DNA from: Azolla caroliniana
Lineage: Eukaryota; Plantae; Polypodiophyta
NCBI GenBank assembly: GCA_043228905.1
Contig: JBHGNT010000016.1
Span: forward strand, 18,848,001-18,912,000
Direction of reading: 5' to 3'
DNA: 64,000 bases
The notes under the pieces are model-generated. The model was not told the DNA's origin, made no database searches, and saw only the letters and a list, made by a program, of their open reading frames with translations. The translations under genes and the position numbers were made by a program. Shown here piece after piece: positions 54,401-64,000 of this stretch. The first letter of the stretch is position 1; the number at the start of each line of letters is the position of its first letter.

Positions 54401-55058
54401 AAAGCCCAAATTACGAGAGTTAACTTAACTTGGAACATGAGTGAGTTGCATATTAAAGTGACAATCAACATAGCCCAAATGGTAAGAGCTAATTTTACTT
54501 AAACAAAAGTGTTAAGGGCAGGATGCGGATTAGAAGGATCATAGGGTAAAAGATCTACAATTGCAAAAGACAAGAATTCATCACGTTGAGACGAGAATTC
54601 AATACCACTATTACGACCCTTAAATGTAAATGAAGTGTAAAGTGACTAACCAAATGTTGAAACCCTAATAAAGAAAGTAATTGAAGAAGAAAAAAACCAA
54701 AGAGAAAGAATTAAAAAGAAGAAGGATTTGAACCATAAACCTAGCAAAACTTAGGGATAACTCTAACCATGATTATATGCTATATTATTCTTTATTAGTT
54801 TTACTTTTTTGAGAGTCAGGCTCCTACCCACAATTGGTCGGGCTCCTAGTGACAAAGGCTGTTAGACAGCGGGGCTCCTTATGACAGAGTCGGGCTCCTT
54901 GTGTCAGAGTCGGGCTCTTGGTGACAGATGTTGTCAGCTTTTTTATCCAGATTGGACGGTGGAGATCGCACGCGCCATCAGCTAAGCGACCTGCACCGTC
55001 CGCGCCTGCGATTCCCTCACTTGCCCTCTTTAATTTTTGGTAGTAGTTAGTCACGAGC
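51461..55058. mobile_element. non-autonomous MULE with 9-bp TSD
   Basis: Long imperfect TIRs (ACCAAAAATT.AAGAGGGCAAGTGAGGGAATC); TSD ATCACATAC at 51452-51460 and 55059-55067. Confidence 0.85.
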
Positions 55059-55063
55059 ATCAC

Positions 55064-55154
<91 letters not shown>

Positions 55155-55201
55155 ATCACAATCACAATCACAATCACAATCACAATCACAATCACAATCA
55201 C

Positions 55202-55298
<97 letters not shown>

Positions 55299-55303
55299 AT
55301 CAC

Positions 55304-55364
<61 letters not shown>

Positions 55365-55365
55365 T
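55059..55365. repeat. (CATACA)n/(CAATCA)n microsatellite
   Basis: Hexamer array directly upstream of the GMPPA 5' region. Confidence 0.97.
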
Positions 55366-55677
55366 AGAGAGCACGAGTAGCAGCAAGTGAAGCAACAGGT
55401 TCTGCTCCCCAAGAGGCCGTGGAAGATCAACATCGCGAGCCTCTTCTTCTTCTTCCTCCTCCCTTTCCACTCTGGATCTGAGCGACAGGAATTAAGGGGT
55501 TTGTTTCCGTTTATATTTGCTCTCTTTGCCTCTTTATTTTAAAAAAAAATTCCATGTCTTGTGTCCAATTGTATCGTTTCTCTCTCTCTCTCTGGCCCAT
55601 TTAACCTAATCTCACCAGATTTTTACATAACAAAGAATGGGACCTATTTTGTGTTGGGCTCCAGTAGTCCGTGTGAA

Positions 55678-58600
55678 ATGGCAGTCAAGGAGATGGTTAA
55701 TGTGGCGGTTATTATGGTTGGAGGTCCTACCAAAGGTATGTGTTGTGGAAATATGCATTTTTATTTATTCATTAGGAGTCAGAGTAAGGATAGAGATAGG
55801 CTACAATTAGCAAGTGGGTGGCTGAAGCATCCATCATTCATGATAGTCTGGATAGGACCTGGGGTTTCGATCTACATGTAACAATGAATTAATTACGTCA
55901 AATTAAGGCTAGAGATAGGCGTGATTAGTATGCATTTGGATCCAAATTAGGATTAATTATGCATTAGGAGCCAAATTAAGGCTAAACGATGTGCTCAGCT
56001 ATGAACCTAGGGTTCTTGTGCATAAGGGGCCAGTTCCCCTTAATGCACTACTCTTCCATCATTATCCACTATATACATAAGGTTATGCATCATGGATCAG
56101 GAGTCAAATTAAGGCTAGATGTAGGCCCAAGTGGGAATATCTTGGCCTGTGGTCACCCATAGGACGGAGAACTATGGTTCTGATAGAGCCTAGGTATTTT
56201 CGTAGAAAGGGTTAGCTACCCTGGTTCATTTCTTCTTGTTGCCTCTCCTTTATTCACCCTAGGCATTACTAATCACATCAAGGAAAGAGATTGGATATGA
56301 ATAAGCAATTAGGAAGCCCTTGGCCACCCATAGTGCGGAAAACTATCCATCCCTATGGTTTATGATAGACACCTCTGTGCATTTCTGGAATGCATATATG
56401 TGTCTTGTTGACTGATCAGGCCTCACAAATACTAGGGGTATTTTGTTGGTAGAGGGTTAGTACTCTAGCCTTTTCCCTGAGTACTGTTTACTTTAAAACA
56501 TGCAAGAACAGGTTTAATTCTTATTATAATGCAACATTTGATTGTTGAATTGCCGCGTTTCCTCTTGCTTTCTATTCCTCAGGTACGCGGTTCCGCCCAC
56601 TTTCTCTCAATCTTGCCAAGCCCTTATTCCCTTTAGCTGGGCAACCGATGGTGCAACATCCAATCCTTGCTTGCAAGAAGGTGGAATCAGACATTTATTG
56701 CTGCTTTATGTTAGAATGTGCAAGGCTCAAGTGTCACTCATGTTTATGAATATCATACATCTGTTTGCAGATACCAAATCTGGCACACATATACCTAATT
56801 GGTTTTTATGAGGAACGTGAATTTGCGCTTTATGTTTCTGCCATTTCAAATGAACTCAAGGTTCCTGTAAGGTATTGCCCTCATAAAAGTTGAACCTGTT
56901 TTAGAGCTCATATGAAGTACTGGTTTGTCTTGATCTCTAAGTGAATGCTTAGTAATGACAAAATGGATCTTTCTTTGATAAGTGAATATTTAGCATTCAC
57001 AATGCATGGGTTAGAGTCATCTGACAGAAAGAAGAGATGATGATGATATATTTACTTCCTCTGTGGATCGATATGAGCTATGGGATGATGCATATAAATC
57101 ATGGATACATTCATGGTCCTTGTCGTTATGTGTTCAGATAACCAGAATTGTAGAATGGTTTAAACTTACTCTCAGTGAGGTGCTACAAAATGAAACCATA
57201 TTTCATGAGCCTTTTTTTGACATTTTTATTTTCTTACTCTTCAATAGTTTCTTTATAACATTGATGGTAATCTGCTCACATACCCTTCAGCACTGTCCTT
57301 ATAGCATTGATGATTATCCAGGATAGTAGAATGGTTTAAACTTACTCTTGGTGAGGTGTAAATGGGAAGCCATTGATGATTATCAGCTTGAAGAATTTTC
57401 CAATGCTTATAGAAGTATTTTATTGGACATCTTAATAGAGAAAATCTACCCCTTGTACACCATATCTGTTGATATTAGAATAATTGTTTACTAAGAAGTC
57501 TAGTTTGAGTAGCACAAAAATGCATGCTTAATAACTCTTGATGCACGGGTATTGAGGTCTATGAATCTCAGTGAATTTGTCTGGGCTCTTATAGTCATCT
57601 CATTGAGATAGTTTTAGGGCATTGGGAAATGACTAGAGAACAGTTTTTGGCATTACACAGCTCATCCCAGTCACCTTTATTCTGGGTTTTGTACACTTAA
57701 GTATTGTATTGTCATCAGAATTCAGCTATATAAGATTTCTGATGGACTATAGGCATAACATTTATTGGTTTAGGGTTTAGGGTTTAGGGAAATATGTGGT
57801 ATCCAGGACAGATTGTAAGTGGCTGGGCCTTCATCATGGCCAATTCACTGTATCCCCTGCCGCACACACTGTATCATGCAAATAGAAATGCTGTAGTATT
57901 AGCTATAAAAGCCACTTCATAGTTGGTAAACTAGTAAGAAATGTCTGCTTCCTGCTAATTTATATCATTCTTTGCTCAACATGTGTATGGCATGCATTTA
58001 AAGCATACACTCGCTGATCAAGATTCCTTGTAAGATAGCGTATTTCATGACCATCCTAAAGGTTAATAAATCCAGATTCGAATGATCCAATAACATCTGT
58101 TTTATTTTCTCATGTAGAAGATATTTACTCAAAACGTTCTCTAAATTATTGTATATTTGGATTGTAAACTGGAAATATGATTTTTAGGTATTTGCGGGAA
58201 GATAAACCTCATGGTTCAGCAGGGGGTCTGTACAATTTTAAACATCTACTTATGGAGGATGATCCTGTATGATATTTTTTGAATCTGTTGCTTCAGGAGA
58301 GTGTTACTTTATACAACTAACTGATCATTTGTTATCGACAGAGCAATATCATTGTCATGAATTGTGATGTCTGCTGCAGTTTCCCTTTATCTGAAATGCT
58401 TGGTAATTGTTGTTTCATAAATATCTGAAGAAAGTTCTGTGTAGTTACAATGAACCATTGCAAATTGTTTCTCTAAATAACTAATTTCTAATATGTGTGG
58501 GACTTCTCGTGTTGAGTCTTACAGCGGCACATTCTAGATATAAGGGTATTGGCACACTACTTGTGAAGAAGGTAATGGAACAAATCTTTTGAAAAACTGC

Positions 58601-61600
58601 TAGTTTTTACTCGATCTTAAGCAGATTAATAATACCTTAGTTCAGGTATCTGCTGAGTCAGCAAGTCAGTTTGGGGAGCTAGTAGCAGATGCAGATACAG
58701 GAGAATTGCTACATTATGCTGAGAAGCCTGAGACATTCGTGAGAATAATTTCTGTCACATGTTTTTTAGCTGATTCAAAATTCAGGTTATCTAACTCTTC
58801 TTTCCTTCTGGCTTTGATTTGTTCTGTTTCTGCAGGTCAGTGAATGGATAAATTGTGGAGTGTACATTTTTAGTCCTGAAATTTTCTCAGCAATCCAAGA
58901 TGTTGCATTTCAAAAGAAAGATCATGGTATGCCTTTGTTGAATGTCTTAGTTTGGGCCATCTTCAATAATAAACAAGATCTTTTCTGATTGTGAATGTAT
59001 GGTTGCTTTTCTACACATTTATGGGTTTTGCTAGTCGCTTTGGTGATGATCTGAATCTAGATGCCGGACATCCAATCTAGAACAAGAGAGTGAAAATATC
59101 AAACATGAGCATCTAGGAGAGTTGAGCTAGTTATTCTTTCAATACTGAAAAGTGATGGTCTAGTATGATTACTATTGTCCAGTAATAAAGTAGAGAGGTT
59201 ATAATGAGTGAATATATATATGGAAGAGGGTTCAATGTCATAATTTCATAATTTGACAGATCTGGCAGCCAAGTCTGGGCTCATTTTTGACAAAACAAAG
59301 GAAAATCATTTGTTCCACTCACAGCCTAGCACATTGTTTTAATTGTGCTTGATTCAGCTAATTGAAACCTGATTTTAACAAGGCCTAGCTAGTTATGACA
59401 ATGGTACTGAGAATAATCTAGTACACTAATTTCTGGCTAGTGCAAAATGTAGAAAGGCTATAAATGAGTGGATAGGTTTAGAGCCCCCACCTTCACTTCC
59501 CTAGTGCTCAGATTCTCTCTACAACATATTATTACCTTTTTTAACTTGTTATTTTCTTTTCTTTTGGATACCCAGAAAATATAAACATCTGTACATGGTT
59601 TGTCTCATAGGCCTGTGACTGTAGAAGTATACTTGTTTAATTTGTATTTTTTTGTTTGCGCACTTTAAGTTATGATGGACTTCTGAAAAATTACTGCCAA
59701 AAAGTTTCTGAGTTGATGCGTCCATTTTGACAGCATCACTTCGGAGAGTCTCAAGTTTTGAAGCACTTCAGCTAACAACCAAGTGAGTTTTTTGATAGCA
59801 ATCTGGATCCTGTCAATCTTTCCATTAATGAATAAAATTCATTACTATTGTCATTCATTTGTAGCATAATTCTGTTAAAACTGTGCGCCGACAGGAACTG
59901 CATGATAAAGAGTGACTGACTGACATGGAACATGAAAGGAAGAAACAGAATCCTTAAAGGCTAATCGTCCACTCCTGTGCCCCCCTGCATCACAGTAAAC
60001 TCTATCCTCATCAGCCTGTCACGTTGATTCCTGCTGTCTTCTTTTGATTCTGCGAATTCCCACATCATCCATTTCATTTAACTAAGTCTGTTATACTTAT
60101 ACAAGCTTGAAATCCTTAGGATGCCATCAGCTACTGCCTTAACTCTGGAATCACCTACCCATTAACCATGGTTCAGGGGATCTGTTGGCACTTGTTCACA
60201 TCAACACCCCTCCCCCTCTTCCAATTATCCATCACTTGACCTTTCTGTAAATCATTCCAGTCTTCTGGCATCCTGCATCACAGTAAACTCTATCCCCATC
60301 AGCCTGCCACTTTGATTCCTGCAGTCTTCTTTTGATTCTGTGAATTCCCACGTCATCTATTTCTTCATTGGTACTCTTCCAATGAGATCAAGCATCAGTG
60401 CATATTTACGATCTGATCCACTGCATGCATTTTGCCATGCTTGCTCCTCTAACCTCCTTGAACTTCTCAAATCTTCCACCCAATCTTCAATCAGCAGGTT
60501 TGTGTGGCCTGCTTGCTGTTCAGTGCTCACCGAAATCATCTCTAATTTCCGGCTTTTGCTCCTGCTTCACTTCAATTTGGTGGTTTGTGGGATCAGTTAC
60601 TTTTGATGTCTCAGATCCTCTGCTGTCCGGGGTATGTGGACCTTAATCCATTTCCACATCTTGACTGAGTCTTGCCTTTCCAGCTGGATTATAGTGTATA
60701 GGCCTGAGAGGAAGGTTCATTTCCTACATTTAGCATCCACCTTAGGTCTACACTTGTTAGGCATCTGCACATAGGCTATGCAACTGAGCATGCGATGTTA
60801 TTGGCATAACCCTAAGGACCAACTCTATGGGTAGGATAATGTTATTGGCATAACCTTAGGGACCCATTCTAAAGTGAATAATTCCAATGGTTTAAGGGTA
60901 GGAGTCTTGTCACTGTCTTAAGATGCCATAAGAGGGTAACGAGTCTGATTCCTTAGGCTGCCAGACCATAGGTCCTTATGGGTTGGTCCCAAGTCCTTAG
61001 GTATGGGCCTAGTTCGGTTTCTTTGCCTTGGAACCAAACCAGAGCATTTATAGATAACAAAAACCAAACCAACCATTTATGAACTCCCAAGCCATTTAAA
61101 GCAAACCATTTAAGGAAAAGATAAACTGAACCATCTAAGTCAATTTAATTAAACAATTAAATAAATAAAAATATCATTAAATCAAATAAGCATTTAAGTT
61201 AAATTAATCAAACCATTAAATTAATTAAACTAACAAACCATCAGGGAAAAAAAGAATTAACCAAAACCCAATAAACCATCAAACCGAGCCACTTAAACCT
61301 ACAAACAGATAAATCTGAGTTTTAGAACCAAACTAAACTGTTTAATTATATGTGAAAACCAAACCAAGCTGTTTAATTGTATTCGAACCAATAAACTGTT
61401 AAACCATGGTTTAATGATTTCGTTCAATTTGAGCCAAAACTATTCCCATAGCTACAAGGCCTAGAGTAACTGTTTTCCTGCTTATCCTACCCTTAAACCA
61501 TTGAAGTTAGCTTCCCTGAATAGGCCACTACTGGAGTCATTTTCTCTGTGAAACTCCAGTTCAGGATGTAGAGTGCCTTAACTGCCATGGCCCAATAGGG

Positions 61601-64000
61601 TTCAGGCTGTTTACTCCTTTGAGCATGTATTGGCCCATGTAGATTATGATCCAATTCTGACATTCCGCTACCCTGCTCTTCTGAGGGCTAATGAAGCTAT
61701 CATCTGCTTGTGAATCCTTTCTGCTACCATGGACTCTTTTGAGAGGAACTGCCCCCCACTCAATTCATCCAAGGACATTTCACCTTGTTTTCTGACTCCT
61801 TCCCAATCCATTGGCATTGTTGGAACTTCCAAGAATCAATGTATTAGGTGGTTATCATGGTTTCTAATTTCTTTATGCACATAATCTTTTTGTTTTTGTT
61901 GGGCAGGTCAGTGCAGACTGACTTTGTAAGATTGGACCAAGATATCCTCACTCCTCTAGCAGGCAAGAAAAAGCTTTACACATATGAAACACATGATTTC
62001 TGGGAGCAGATTAAAACACCTGGGTAATGAGTTTTTCCTTCTTATTTGTATTTAAACACATCTTGAACACTCTTTCAAATGTGTTGATGTTTACCTTTTT
62101 TGCCTTCCATATTTCAGGATGTCTTTGAGGTGCTCATTGTTGTACCTTGAACAGTACCGTCAAACCGCACCAGAGCTTTTGGCTAAAGGTGATGGGGTCA
62201 AAACTGCAACTTATGTTGGTGACGTTTATGTTCATCCATCAGCAAAAGTTCACCCTAGTGCTAAGGTTCAGTGACCTCAAGTTTATATCTTCATGCATTT
62301 TTGCATATTCCGCATCTTGATTGGAATGCGTAAGAAGCTATAACCACTCTAAAACTATGAAAGTATTGCTTCAACCAAAATATTTCTAAACTCATAAATG
62401 AAATCCAAATATTTTCACTGAAGAATACTCATGGAACAGATTGAAATAGATGTTTGTAAAAATAGGTCTCTATGTATTTAGGAATTTTCAAGGGATGTAG
62501 AGGAGATGTTGTAATCCTACCAATCATCTTATCCTGTTTTACATTTCTGAGTCAACATCATCCTTTAAATGCCTGAAATGTTGGAATGCCTGTTGCAGCC
62601 TGCCTAGCTTGATGTTTATTTTGTGAACATTTTGATAAAATTACGAAAATTCTTAGAGTATCATTTTAGTTCTTGGGTTGTCTAAAACATGCGTTGTGGA
62701 TTTTTTCTCTTTGATTACTCATTTCGTATCAGATGGTTGACTGGGGATTTGAGCCTTTCCTCTATAAGCCACAAGCCCATCAGCCCTGATGGGATATGTA
62801 TCTGTCTGTGTGTGCGCCTAAATGTATATTAATAGGGAGAATGACTAAAACATGCTTATATGTTTTAGAAATGCAGAAAGTATGCTTGATTATATGCAAA
62901 ATTACGCATACATGCTTGGTTTCAGGCTCGTAATCGCATCAAAATTTGAAATTAGCTCAACCTGCAAAGCAATCTCGATTAATACAGTGTCTAATCAAAG
63001 CTGCTAATTAGAAATCTATTTGTTGTGATAATGTTTTCGTGCATTTTCACCTCAGAATAAAGGTTCAATGCGCAAATTGTAAAGTCTTATTACCTATATG
63101 TTTAGAGAATTCTAACATGAAATGGATGATAGAACAGGTGGGTCCTAATGTATCAATATCTGCAAATGCACGTATCGGTCCTGGGGTACGACTGATTGGC
63201 TGCATTATATTGGATGGTGTGGAGGTGAAGGTACGAGCTTGACCTTTAAATGTTTATAGTTTTAAGGAAAATAGTGATCAGCGTGGTCATTTCCTTGTAA
63301 TTTTTCTTGTGGGTTTTTACAAATGTTGGGGAAAATATGGAGAGGAAAGAACGAAATGTATATTATTGTCTGTTAACAGGCTAAAATGGTCCTTGCGGCC
63401 AAATGAGATTGATTACATTTGAAGCAAACCCAAATAAATATAGGCAAACTAATAAAACTGCCCATGATACCCTGGCTATTAAGAGGAAGAAAGAAAGAAA
63501 TACTATTTTATGTCTTACAAGCCAAAATCTGCCTATGTGACTAGTCAGGTGTACAAAAGGTGTGCATATCCATCTGCTACATGAGAAAAGAGAACTCTTT
63601 AATTGATAGATTAGGGAATCAGTTTTCAACCAACATATAGACATACTTTCCAGAAAATCAAGCATATTGATATAATATTGTGCATGATAACAAGCATCGA
63701 GGTGTTTTTCTTTTGAGAATGGTCAAGCATTTAGATATAATTTTGAGAAAGGTCAAGCATATAGATGTAAGTGTGAGAAAAACTGATTTTAAATTTTAGA
63801 CAGATCAAACAGGCCCTTTTACTCAAGAATTAGGCACATATTGTTTGTTAATTTCTCACTACCCCGTTTTATGAAAAAAAGAAATAATTGGGGTACAAGC
63901 TCGACCTTTGAACTGAACGGAATGGAAGCATTTTATTGCTGATTTCATACTGCCTTTGTAGGAAAATGCTGTAGTACTCCACTCTATAATTGGATGGAAG
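55678..64000 (+). CDS. GMPPA: mannose-1-phosphate guanylyltransferase alpha / KONJAC-like; 13 exons visible, runs off window
   Basis: Exons 55678-55735, 56583-56680, 56771-56871, 58188-58266, 58342-58402, 58525-58571, 58646-58738, 58836-58926, 59734-59782, 61907-62023, 62118-62265, 63138-63230, 63962-64000, all in phase. Peptides [74 protein letters not shown], hexapeptide [18 protein letters not shown]. Confidence 0.96.
57769..57789 (+). repeat. short interstitial telomeric repeat (TTTAGGG)3 in intron 3
   Basis: Direct sequence; mirrored at about 34661-34683 in the duplicate. Confidence 0.8.
61002..61450. mobile_element. MITE-like element in GMPPA intron 9
   Basis: Imperfect TIR TATGGG..TAGTT/AACTATTCCCATA, AAACCA-rich interior; no clear TSD. 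Confidence 0.5.

Noticed and set aside
57030-57390. Possible intronic C/D box snoRNAs (several TGATGA motifs, short repeats)
   Set aside because: No convincing C/D pair with terminal stem or rRNA-complementary guide could be identified by eye.
57769-57789. Telomere fusion or healing site
   Set aside because: Only three units inside an intron; such telobox-like tracts are common in plants.
60340-60860. Short ORFs in GMPPA intron 9 as a nested gene
   Set aside because: No recognisable domain; more likely decayed repeat sequence.

Overview
Eukaryotic, intron-rich and transposon-dense plant DNA, most likely a bryophyte or another plant with flagellated sperm. Two host genes were reconstructed by hand from splice sites, and the ORF track largely misses both. 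One is a complete 20-exon ZMYND10/DNAAF7 (axonemal dynein assembly factor, minus strand, 12264-25693, about 455 aa). The other is the first 13 exons of a GMPPA/KONJAC-type mannose-1-phosphate guanylyltransferase (plus strand, 55678 to the window end). Each gene has an inverted, truncated copy of itself nearby. For ZMYND10 it is a ~2 kb-arm palindrome with a ~40 bp spacer (23910-28098). For GMPPA it is an inverted duplication whose arms flank a Mutator-like element with mirror-image rather than direct flanks (32294-60273). The rest is nested, decayed mobile DNA: Ty1/copia, Ty3/gypsy (two with apparent 4-bp TSDs), L1/Tx1 and RTE-X-like LINEs, MULEs and hAT-like non-autonomous elements. Other notable items are a U6 snRNA-LINE 3' end chimera, apparent microsatellite targeting by LINEs and MULEs, and an internal inversion that can be reconstructed from a split transposase and its TSD. 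All alignments were done by eye, so TE boundaries without TSD or terminal motifs are approximate.
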